From assembly GCF_026210795.1 (NCBI RefSeq), contig NC_089431.1, positions 4,650,001 through 4,714,000 of the forward strand: DNA of 64,000 nt. The letters run 5' to 3'. Shown here in pieces: positions 49,647 through 61,375 of the stretch. Position 1 is the stretch's first letter; every line of letters starts with the position of its first letter. The DNA is from Rhizophagus irregularis. Lineage: Eukaryota. The translations under genes were made by a program, and so were the position numbers. Below the pieces are notes generated by a model, which worked only from the letters and a program-made list of their open reading frames with translations, was not told the origin of the DNA and searched no databases.

Positions 49647-52600
49647 TTAGGAATCGATTTCTTTTTCTATACCTTCGTCTTGTTCATATTGTGCAAGAAT
49701 TTTTTTAGCATCGTCATTTCCACCTTCAGCTGATTCTTTAAGTAACATAAAGGCCTTTTCTTTATCAATATCAACTATAATCCCATGAAGAAAATAATAC
49801 CCTAGTTTATATTTCCCGTTTACACATCCTTTATCAGCCGCTTGTTTATAATAATCAAATGCTCTAATGAGATTTTTATTAACACCTTTACCTATTTCAT
49901 AAATATTTCCTAGTTCATATAATACAAAATCATTATCATTTTCTGCGGATTTTTTATACAAATAATTAACTAGATTTAAATCACTTATTATATTTTCTTC
50001 ATTATCATAAATTGATTTAAGAAATTCTATATTTTCTTTTTCAGTTATCTTATCATATAATTCAAATCCTTTTTCTTTATCAATTTCAGTCCCAATTCCT
50101 TTTATATAACAATATCCAAGACTAAGTTTCGCGTTTAAATATCCCTTTTCAACTGATTTTTTATATAATTCAAATGCGTCAGTTTCATTTTTATTTACAC
50201 TTATTCCTAATTCATAACATATACCTAAATTATCATATGCAACTTCATCTCCATTTTCTGTTGCTTTTTGTAACCAATAAACTGCCTTTTCCAAATCTTT
50301 TTCAGCTTTATTACCCCAGAAATATAAGATTCCAAGATTATTTTGTGCATTAATACTTCCCTTATCAGCTGCAATTTTGTATAACTCAAAAGCTTTTGCT
50401 TTATTAATTTCAGTTCCGATTCCTTTATCATAACAATAACCAAGTTGACATTGAGCATTTAAATATCCTTGATCAGCTGATTTATTATAATATTCAAAGG
50501 CTTTGATTTTATCTTTTACAGTACCTTTACCATTTTCATATAAAATTCCAAGATTACTTTGTGCAATACATGATCCTTTATCTGCAGCAATTTTATATAA
50601 TTCAAACGCCTTAAATTTGTCAACTTCAGTACCAATTCCTTTTTCATAACAATAACCAAGTTGACATTGAGCATTTAAAAATCCTTGATCAGCTGATTTT
50701 TTATATAATGTAAAAGCTTTAACTTCATCTTTTTCAATTACTTCACCATTTACATATAAATTTGCAAGATTATATTGGCCAACACTAGAATCTTTTTCAG
50801 CAGCAATAGTGTACAATTCAAATGCTTTTGCAAGATTAACTTCAGTTCCAATTCCTAAAGAATAACAATATCCAAGTTCAAGTTGTGCATTTAAATAATC
50901 TTTATCAGCAGATTTTTTATAATATTCAAATGCTTTAATTTCATCTTTATCTACACCCACTCCTGATTTATAACAATTTCCTAAACTATATTCTGCTACT
51001 TCATATCCACTTTCTGCTGCTTTATTATACCAGTAAATAGTTTGTTCTAAATCTTTTTCTATTCCTTTACCATTTTTATATAAAATTCCAAGATTATATT
51101 GTGCAATAGTATGATTTTTTTCAGCCGCAATTTTATAAATTTCAAATGCTTTTGTTTTATTAGTTTCAGTACCAATTCCACTATCATAACAATATCCAAG
51201 TTCAAATTGAGCATTTAAATAACCTTGATCAGCAGATTTTTTATAATATTCAAATGCTTTAATTTCATCCTTTTCTACACCTTTTCCATATTTATAACAA
51301 CCAGCTAAATTATATACTGCCACTTCATTTCCATCCTGTGCTGCTTTTTTATACCATTTAAAAGCTTCCTCCAAATTCTTTTCAACCCCTTCACCTTTTT
51401 CATATAAACAACCAATACTGTTTTGTGCATTTATATTTCCATTTTCAGCAGCAATTTTATATAATTCTAATGCTTTTATTTGATTAATCTCAGTACCAAT
51501 TCCATTATTATAACAATAACCAAGCTCAAATTGAGCATCTGAAAAATCTTTATCAGCAGATTTTTTATAATATTCAAATGCTTTAACTTCATCTTTTTCA
51601 ACTTCTAATCCAAATTTATAATGATTTCCTAAATAATATTGAGACATTTCACAACCATTTTCTGCTGCTTTATTAAACCAATAAAATGCTTGTTTTAAAT
51701 CTTTTTCTATACCATCACCATATTCATATAAAAGCGCTAAACTATTATATGCAATATTATATTCTTTTTCAGCAGTAATTTTAATTAATTCATATGCTTT
51801 TATTTTATTAATTTCAGTTCCAATTCCATTAATATAACAATAACCAAGTTCAAATTGAGCTTCTAAATATTCTTGATCAGCAGATTTTTTATAATATTCG
51901 AATGCTTTACCTTCATCTTTTTCAACTATAAACCCTAATTGATAATAATTACCTAAATTATATTGTGCTATTTTACATCCATTCTCTGCTGCTTTATTAT
52001 ACCAATAAATAGCTTTATTATATCTTTCATAATTTTTTATAATATCACCATTTTGATATAAAATACCAAGATTACATTGAGCATTAACATGATCTTTTTC
52101 AGCAGCAATTTCATAAAATTCAAATGCTTTTAATTTATTAATTTCAGTTCCAATTCCAAAATCGTAACAATAAGCAAGTTCAAATTGAGCATTTAAAAAT
52201 TCTTGATTAGCAGATTTTTTATAATATTCAAATGCTCTTTTTTCATCTTTTTTTACAAATTCACCACTTTTATAATAATTACCTAAATTATATTGTGCAG
52301 ATTTATTTCCATTTTCAGCTGCTTTACTATACCAATAAATAACTTTATCAAAATCTTTTTCTATTCCAATTTCATTTAAATAACAATTACCCAATATATA
52401 TTGTGCAAGAGGATATTCATTTTCAGAAGATTTTAAATACCATTTAAAAGCATTTTTATAATCTTGATTTATTCCTATTCCATTTTGATAACAAATACCT
52501 AAATTATATTGAGCATGTAAATCACCTTCATTAGCAGCTTTTAAATACCATTCAAAAGCTTTTTTTTCATCTTTAATTATTCCAATACCATTTTGATAAC

Positions 52601-53351
52601 AATAACCTAAATTATTTTGTGCATTAGAATTTCCACCTTTTGCAGATTTTAAATAAAATTCAAATGCTTTAAATTCATCTTTCTTTTTTCCTACACCATG
52701 TTGATAACAATAACCTAAATTATTTAATTCTATTAATTCATTCTTTTCTAATAATAATTGATTTTCATTAAAATCATCTTTATTATCTTGAGATTCAAAA
52801 TATTTTTCCATATTAATTAATTCATCTTTACATATATTAATTTTTAATCCATTAAAATTTTCAAATTGATTATATGACATAACATGATGAACATTTTCTA
52901 AAATTTTAAATTCTTTTGAAATCATAATTTTTTTATCTAAAATAATATCTTTATAATAATAAAATGATAATAAATATTTTGAAATAATAATATTAAGTAA
53001 TTGATAAGTAGATTTTAATTTTTTATTTTCATCATTTTCATAATTTTTAATTGATTTTAAATAATATATTAAAATATCATCATTATCATTATCATCATCA
53101 TCATAACCTATACCATTTTCATAAAAAAATCCTATTAAACTTGAAAACCAATTTTCATTCTCTTCATGTTCTTTCATTATTTTTAAAAAAATCCTTGTAT
53201 CTTTTTCATTATAATTAAAATAATCTTGGATCCATTCCGTTAAAGTATTTTTAAAATTTTTATAATTTTCTATGTTTATGATTTGACGATAAAATTCTTT
53301 TAAAAATTCTTTTAAAAAATTTTCATCATCATTTGAAATATTTGACGTCAT
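49647..53351 (-). CDS. Intronless Sel1-repeat (HCP-like) protein, 1234 aa
   Basis: More than 25 repeats of about 36 aa with the pattern AQxxLGxCYxxGxGxExxxxKAFExYxKxA. Confidence 0.92.
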   Translation of the reverse strand: MTSNISNDDENFLKEFLKEFYRQIINIENYKNFKNTLTEWIQDYFNYNEKDTRIFLKIMKEHEENENWFSSLIGFFYENGIGYDDDDNDNDDILIYYLKSIKNYENDENKKLKSTYQLLNIIISKYLLSFYYYKDIILDKKIMISKEFKILENVHHVMSYNQFENFNGLKINICKDELINMEKYFESQDNKDDFNENQLLLEKNELIELNNLGYCYQHGVGKKKDEFKAFEFYLKSAKGGNSNAQNNLGYCYQNGIGIIKDEKKAFEWYLKAANEGDLHAQYNLGICYQNGIGINQDYKNAFKWYLKSSENEYPLAQYILGNCYLNEIGIEKDFDKVIYWYSKAAENGNKSAQYNLGNYYKSGEFVKKDEKRAFEYYKKSANQEFLNAQFELAYCYDFGIGTEINKLKAFEFYEIAAEKDHVNAQCNLGILYQNGDIIKNYERYNKAIYWYNKAAENGCKIAQYNLGNYYQLGFIVEKDEGKAFEYYKKSADQEYLEAQFELGYCYINGIGTEINKIKAYELIKITAEKEYNIAYNSLALLYEYGDGIEKDLKQAFYWFNKAAENGCEMSQYYLGNHYKFGLEVEKDEVKAFEYYKKSADKDFSDAQFELGYCYNNGIGTEINQIKALELYKIAAENGNINAQNSIGCLYEKGEGVEKNLEEAFKWYKKAAQDGNEVAVYNLAGCYKYGKGVEKDEIKAFEYYKKSADQGYLNAQFELGYCYDSGIGTETNKTKAFEIYKIAAEKNHTIAQYNLGILYKNGKGIEKDLEQTIYWYNKAAESGYEVAEYSLGNCYKSGVGVDKDEIKAFEYYKKSADKDYLNAQLELGYCYSLGIGTEVNLAKAFELYTIAAEKDSSVGQYNLANLYVNGEVIEKDEVKAFTLYKKSADQGFLNAQCQLGYCYEKGIGTEVDKFKAFELYKIAADKGSCIAQSNLGILYENGKGTVKDKIKAFEYYNKSADQGYLNAQCQLGYCYDKGIGTEINKAKAFELYKIAADKGSINAQNNLGILYFWGNKAEKDLEKAVYWLQKATENGDEVAYDNLGICYELGISVNKNETDAFELYKKSVEKGYLNAKLSLGYCYIKGIGTEIDKEKGFELYDKITEKENIEFLKSIYDNEENIISDLNLVNYLYKKSAENDNDFVLYELGNIYEIGKGVNKNLIRAFDYYKQAADKGCVNGKYKLGYYFLHGIIVDIDKEKAFMLLKESAEGGNDDAKKILAQYEQDEGIEKEIDS

Positions 53352-55494
53352 TTTTTTTTTGGGTTTCTATTTTTTTTTGAAAATAAATAAATAAATAAAT
53401 TAATAAGTAGAACAATATTAAAAAAAAAAATTTTTTTTTTATTATACGAAAGATAGTTGTGGTTAACGTTAAAGTAAACACAATCTAATTACTAATCGCT
53501 CAAAATAGAGTAGTAAATAAATAAGTAAAAATAAAAAAAAAATTTCTTTTTCTTTGTTAAAAAAAAAATCCTTTTTTGTTTAAAAAAAAAGCTGAGGGGA
53601 CGCAGTCACGCAGTTATTATTTGGATTGACAAAAACTTGGATGTGTAACTTGTGGTACCAATAATTTTATTGTAAGGGCTTCGGCACGGCATTCTCTATT
53701 TATTTGTGCTACGCACTTTATATTAAAATACACATCATTTTAATGGAAATATGTAAAATAATAATATCCGAAATAATATCCAAAAGAGGTATAAAAAAGG
53801 AGGGATGGGTGTTACACTATTACCAGCGAAATAAAAATAAAATACAATTATAAAATTGAAAACCGTATATGTACCGATTGTATTATATATTGTTGGGATC
53901 TTATAAATTAATAAAGACGTTTAATAAAAGAATTTAAGGTAATATATTATGCAGTACAAGAAAGTTTTAAACTTTGAACGAAATCAAAGACATAATCTAC
54001 CGCAGAATTTGCATAACATTACTGCGGTTACAGTTACGACTGTGTAAAAATATACTGTACCTCATCACACAATTTTTATTTTATATGAGAGGTATAATCC
54101 TCGCCACATCTTTACGTAATGAATGATAGAATGACCTTACGAGGACGTATGGTGGTTATACTGTATATGAATTTAATAATTTACTGTACTATACTTATTT
54201 ATTGTAACCTAATTTTGGTATAATAATATATTATTTAGGGTCATAAAAAAAATATAAATTCTTTCAAACAATTTTATAAAATAATTAAAATAATTTTAAA
54301 TATAAAGTGTTAATGTATAAAAACATTTAACTAAATAACAGATAAATTAAATAATCAATCTAATCCATATTTCACGATTTCACGAGTATTTCACGCATAA
54401 ATTTTATTTTTTATAATACCGTAAAAAAAACATTTTAGCGAAATGAAAGCCGATATTTTTATGAGACATCCAATATTGAAAACGTTATTATAAGTAACAT
54501 TAATTCCTATTGGTCACCGCAGTATTCTTACAGTTATTAGATTGGGGGATATTGGTCTTCGACCGATATCTCTTTCCCCATTCAATAACTATTTATTGTA
54601 ATTAACAATCTCTAAATTTAGAATATCCCGAGTTTAACTAAGCTTAGGAACATTTTAACCATTTTTAAAAACAGAACCGAGGTCGACGAGTCGAGGTATT
54701 CAAAAAATTTTTTTATCGATCAACAATCATGTAACTTTGAGGCTCCCGGCTCCCAAATGAGATTCCTCTTTATAATATTCGGATAAGAGCATTATTTAAA
54801 ATAGGTATCACTCATAAAAATGGGCATATAATTATTAGTTCTGTTGAAATTTGCATAAAAATATTATACACAAAGGCTTTCTAAGCTTTCTAAAAGATGG
54901 ATACTTAAATTTTAGTATAAATTTCGCTTAAACATATAAATGACATGTGAAGACTTCATATTGAATTTGTTTACTTTGTTTATTTAATTTCTCGATCTAT
55001 TCATTTATGGGATATGGAACATCCAATATATGCCTTCGTAGTCTTTACGCCATATAAAGAACGCTATAACATTTCCTGTTAATTATTGTTCTTATAAGTT
55101 ATAACCCCATAAATAATGATACTTTTGATGGAATTATTATACTAACTTTACTTTACTATTATATAATGATAGTAAGCGATGAAGTTAGATTAGAGTTAGG
55201 ATATTTTCTGCCACAACGCACCATTCTTATTTTTTTTGCTTATTCTGGGAAAAAGTTAATCGTAATATTATTATTAGTTAACATAGGAAATAGAAAATCA
55301 ACACGTATCTTACTCGTATCTTATAAAATAATTTTAAATATTAAAAAATGGATATGATTATATAATTTATTATAAATCAACAAAAATAATAAAACACAAA
55401 TTTCTAGTAAAATATTTTTTTCAAAATTTTACATAATTTGAAATACATTATTATGGTTAGTCTTAAACCGATTTGGCCATATTTATTATCGATA

Positions 55495-56944
55495 CCAATT
55501 TTAAATATTTCAAGTTCTAAAGAGTTTGGATAACCAATTTTACTGATCTGTTTTTTATAAGTTGTATAAGTTGTATTTTCACCAAAAATTTGGTATAATC
55601 GTAGGTCACCATTACCAAATGATGGACCCTTACTATATCCAACGTTCTTACTTATAGATTCCTTAGATTCCTTTTCATTCTTTACGCGACTTAAAATGTA
55701 ATTTTCAATATATTTACTATCAAATGAGAATGTAAAATTATCCTTAGTAATACCATAATTGCGTTACTATCTTCAACTTTAACCAATGTTACAGTATGAG
55801 GTTGACCTATATAAATTTCATGGAACTTTTTAAACCTGTTAAACCTCTCATCACGAGAATCACGAAGTAGTCGTTTATCTGTACCGTAATTTCTAATCTA
55901 TCAATCCATTTTGAAATTATTTCAACATGTTGAGATGCAATTATCTTAAAATGTTATTTAATCTTGTTAGTTGAAATCTTTTGCTTATCCAATAAATTAT
56001 TATCATATAATACCTGATGCAAATGATATATATATTCTTGTGACTCGCTATCACTATTTGCAATATCTAATGCAGATTTTTGTTTTGAAATAGATATATA
56101 TATATAGGGTAATGATTCCTTGCTGTCATTATTCAAAAAATAATTTAGTAAATCATTATATAATTCCTTTGGTAAGATTTTTTTATAAGATTTACTTTAT
56201 TCAAAAATTCCCTTGAAGTTAAATTACGAAATCTAATAAAAGGTATACAATGATGTAAAGTATTCTTTAAAACATTAAAATCATCTCTTAAAAACTAAGC
56301 TTGTAGGATCAGAAGAAAGTTCTGGATTTTGAGCGAGTCCTCATTTAATTACGTGTTCCTATACTTCAATTTCTTTCATTTGAAAATTATCATCTTGGAT
56401 AAGCGTGAATAAAAGTCTTTCTGGAATTGTAGAAAAATTTGGAGAATTAAATATCTTTTCTGGCTCTTTAGAAATGAAATCAGTACAATATTTTTAAAGT
56501 TCTGGGAAAGAATCGTTTCTAAAGCTTATCTGATATACTAATTCAAAATTTTGTTCCATCCAGTTTTTTTTTGTTTTTCAATTAGCTAGGTTCATTAGTA
56601 ATAACCAAGATTTTAAATGATATCTGAAATATCATATTCTTCCAAAGAAAGTCTTCCTCATAAATATATCTGAAAAAAAAAATCACTTTGTACCTTAATA
56701 ATATGTGAAAAAAATCGGGTGAAATATTTGGTAATTAATGTGTTAAAATTCAAACATTTGTCTTTTATTAGTTGATAAAATTCTACGCAAATAAGGAGAT
56801 CGATAATTTAAAATAACCATATGGGCACGAAATACTTTCACATAAGGGTCACTACCAACTTCAATTGTAATATCATAATATTCTTCATCATCTAAAATTT
56901 CAAGTAAATTTTGATAATTTCGGCAAAAGTTTATTATCAACCAT
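55495..56944 (-). pseudogene. BTB-BACK-TLDc pseudogene, tandem copy of 57347-58982
   Basis: Colinear similarity to the adjacent gene with multiple frameshifts, stops and deletions. Confidence 0.85.
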
Positions 56945-57346
56945 TATAATCTTGAAAGGTTCACCACGACACCACCGGTTAAAATTACCTCCGTAAATGC
57001 AGATCAGATGTGTAACAAAGATCAGTTCCACAAACAAACTTAGCGTTTAAGTAATTAAATTTATCCTTACGACTTGATAGTTGAGCCAGTACAATTTCCG
57101 ATCATTTAAATAAACCGGTTAGCCTTTAGATTGATTTAATGCTTTATATTCTTCCACTTACGCAATTGATACATGCATTTGACGTGTACTACGTAAATAC
57201 AATTGCTCCATATATAAAAAATAATTATATAATTTTTTTTTATCAGGATAAATATACAGATTTTTTTTTATATCAAGATATTGAAATATAACTTTTTTTT
57301 TTATTAATAAAATATTCGATATTTATTACAAAATCAACAGACCATT

Positions 57347-58982
57347 TTACTCAATTTTAAATATTTCAATTTCTAAAAAGCCTGAATAATCGGCTTTGCT
57401 GATCAGTTTTTCATAAGTTCTAAGTTTACAATTGATTCCTAAATAAGTATAAACTTGGTATAAACTCAGGTCGCCATCACCAAATGATGGACCTATACTA
57501 TATCTATCGATCTTACTTATAGCTTTCTTTTCATTCTTTACGCGACTTAAAATGTAATCTTCAATATCACCATTATTAAATGAGAATATAAAACTATCCT
57601 TAGTAACACCATAATTACCATCAAATTTCCATTCAATAGGATTATATCCTCCAAGAATTTCGTTATTACCTTCAGCTTTAACTAATGTTACAGTATGAGG
57701 TTGATCTACACAAATTTCATGGAACTTTTTAAACCTGTTAAACGCCCCACTAGATCCATCACGAGAATCACGATATAATAATTTGAATTCATAGGAAGTA
57801 GTCGGCTTGTCTGTAATTTCTAGTCTATCAATCCATTTTGAAATTATTCCAGCATGTTGAGGTGTAATTATCTTAGAATCAATATTTTTAATCTTGTTAG
57901 TTGAAACATTTTGCTTATTATTATCATGTCCCATTAATCGTCTCGTAGATGTACCTGATGCCAATGATACATATTTTTGTGACTCTTTATCACTGTTTGT
58001 AACCCTAGCAATATCTAATGTAGATTTTTGTTTTGGAACAGATATACGAGGTAATGATTCCTTGATGTCGTTTTCCAAAAAATGATTTAATAATTCTTTA
58101 TATGATTCCTTTGATAAAATTTTTTTATAAGGCAATACCTTCTTTGAAAATTCTATTGAATTTAAATTATGAAATCTAATGAAAGGAATACATTGTTGTA
58201 AGGTGTTTTTTAAAGTATTGAAATCATCCTTTGAAAAATTTGTAGGATCAGAAGGAAGTCCTGGATTTTGAGCGAGTCCCCATTTAATTACATATTCCCA
58301 TACTTGAATTTCTTTCATTTGAAGATTATCATTTTGGATAAGCGTGATTAGAAGTCTTTCCGGAATTGTAGAAAAATTTGGAGAATTAAATCTCTTTTCT
58401 GGTTCTTTATAAATTAAATCAGTACAATATTTTTGAAGTTCTAAGAAAGAATCGTTTTCAAAACTTGTCTGATATATTAATTCAAAATTTTGTTCCAACC
58501 AGTTTGTTCTGTTTTTAATTAAAAAAGATTCTATATAAGGAATTAACTCTTGAAGGTTAAGTTCGTTAGCAATAACCAAGATTTTAATGATATCTGAAAT
58601 ATCATATTCTTCCAAAGAAAGTTTTCCCCCATAAATATATCTGAAAAAGAATTAGTTGTTTGTAATTAAAAATATATACATACACAAGTTAACGCAAAAA
58701 AGAATAAAATATAAAACTCTTGTACCTTAATAATACATGAAAAAATTCAGGTGAAATATTTGGTAATTTAATATTTGTCAAAATTCCATCATTTTTCTTT
58801 TTATTAGTTGATAAAATTCTACGCAAATAAGGAGAACGATAATTTAAAATAACTATATGGGCACGAAATACTTTAACATAAGGGTCACTGCCAACTTCAA
58901 TTGTAATATCATAAAATTCTTCATCATTTAAAATTTCAAGTAAATTTTGTGATAATTTCGGTAAAAATTTATTATCAGCCAT
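57347..58982 (-). CDS. BTB/POZ-BACK-TLDc protein (2 exons)
   Basis: MADNKFLPKLSQNLLEIL, FRAHIVILNYRSPY, intron about 58641-58724, ILGGYNPIEW, GPSFG. Confidence 0.9.
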
Positions 58983-59270
58983 TATAATCTTGAAAGGAAA
59001 GGGTGAGGAAAAAATTTGTTCAAACTTCCGAGCTTTTTTTTTGAACAAAATTGATCGGTTAAATTACCTCCGTATAGTAACTTAATGTGCAACAGGGATC
59101 ATACGTTCCACAAACTAACTCATAAAGCATTAAATCGCAAATTTAATTCCACTTACGCAATTATTTGCTGATCCTCATGTGATGGGTAGAAATATTGTGT
59201 AACAATTGCGGGGCTATGATTTATAATTAAAATGAAAACGTTCTGAATCTCACGTTCTCAATTTTCAAAA

Positions 59271-60790
59271 ATGTCAAAAGGACACTTTACTCCCGGAAAA
59301 CTTGTTGCTATTGGTAACCTGGTGGCAGAACCTCATTATGGTCTTTTTTCACAAGATTGGTGGTATTATTCTGATTCCCAAATTCAAGATTCTAATACCC
59401 ATGCTATTCCAATAAGACTTGGCTTTCAAGTTGCTTTAAACTCAATCAATAACACTTCATTATTAGAATAGTTTGCAACTTGGAAAATCCAAATACACCA
59501 GGTTTATTTGTGAAGGGAAGGAATTAATAGTGGAGTTTTATCTAGTTCTTCTGCTGCTATTTACACCATTTATGGATGTGTATTTGGTAATAAAAATAAA
59601 ACAAAATATCTGGGAGCAACAATGTTAGGTTTTCATGATTCTTACATGATTCAACAAATGCTCAATAATGTGGATTTCCATCCTTTTACAATTTGTTTAT
59701 ATAATATTACAATTATTATATCATCTATTCCAGATAATAATATTACGAAGGGTTTGCAACTAGTTTTATGTATTAATATAAACAAAAACAAAGTGTAATA
59801 TGACAGAAGATCAAGGAAGGATTATTTTCAATTAGTATTTTTCAAGATGGTTAAATAGTAAACCAATTTCAAGACGTAACAGCTTCTTCAGTTTGGAATC
59901 AAACCCAATTATTGCAGAATTGTAATGGATCAATCTTTTTGGAATTAATCATCCACTTGTGCGATTTAAATTTAAAGAATGTTATGAAAGACTATTTCTA
60001 AGACCTGCACCCTTGATGATTGGAATAATGAAAGAATCATGCAATACATGTTCAAATTATACCTAAAAAAGCATGTACCCAGAAATGATTAACTTTGGTA
60101 TCATACTTTAAGTTGTTCGTATAATCAAAAAAGTACTATTATTGAAATAAAAAGCTTTATTCATGATGTTTATAATGATGATCATGAATTAACATTCATG
60201 AACTTTGGGCATGGAGAGTAATACTTGAAGCAATTGGATTTAAAAATATTACTCCATTTGAAAGGGACGTATCTGATATAAGTATTATTATAAAAAATAT
60301 TACATTATTTATTCACTATCTAATTAAAAAATATCCCATAGATGGAATTTTGGAATCGTGCTAAGGATCCTAAAGGTGATAGTGATTTGTTTTCAAATGG
60401 ATTTTTGAATACTACGCTAAATTCAACAATTAGAAATGATGAATTTGAAAATTAAAAGACACTGCAAATGATTTTTGGTATTCATTATGTGAAAGTCTTG
60501 ATGCCAATCCTAATGGTTCAAATGGAAAAATTCAAATTTTATCATGAAAAATCTACAGGTATGATAAATTATAATTGTATAATACATAATAAATAAAGAA
60601 ATATAACTAAATACAAAATCTCACTTAGGTTTCACCAAAAATAGTTCACACTACTCGTGAACATCACCATAAAAATGGTCCAGGCTGTAAGGTTCTTGAT
60701 AAACCTATTATTGTTTGTAAATGAATGGCTAAATTTAAAGAAAGAGAATTTTAATTATTTTTTGCTGATAAAGAAAATATAAATGTTACG
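59271..60790 (+). pseudogene. Decayed multi-exon gene of unknown, possibly transposon-related, family
   Basis: Protein-like stretches (GKLVAIGNLVAEPHYGLFSQDWW, SPKIVHTTREHHHKNGPGCKVLDKPII) broken by many stops and frameshifts. Two GT-AG intron-like gaps near 60280-60341 and 60559-60629. Confidence 0.5.
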
Positions 60791-61375
60791 ATTATTTTAT
60801 ACACACGAGCAATTCCATGTAATGGTGCGTCTAATATTAATAAAAGAAATATGATTTTAATAATTGAAATGCTATAAATAATAATAAGCGGGAAGATAAA
60901 TAAAATAAATGTAGTAAATATAGTACCCAGTTCTAACAATGAATAAATTGACTCTAGCACTTGAATAATAAAAGGTTATTAAGTTATTTATAAAAGAATT
61001 GCAACAATGTTGTAGCAAATTTACATTTTGAAATAGTAAACATTGTTTGGTTCTAGAATATTCAGGCTCATAATTCCCTTACTGTTGATATTCGGATGAT
61101 ATATTCTTGTTGTAAAGTTAAGCTAATATGAACATAATATAAGTATGTAATAAAATATATCAAAATGTATAAATAAAATGTATTAGTTTTAAAGGTTTAA
61201 CTCATGATCAACAAGAAAGTTGTATTTTTATAATTTAGTGATGAAAATGAAAATTGGTATCTTCATTTTGCATAAATAATATTACACAAACTTCTATATA
61301 TATTCGAATAAAGGGCGTTTAAATGTATTTACCCTATTTTTTTTTTAAAAAGAATTTCAATAAAATTATTTAGTA

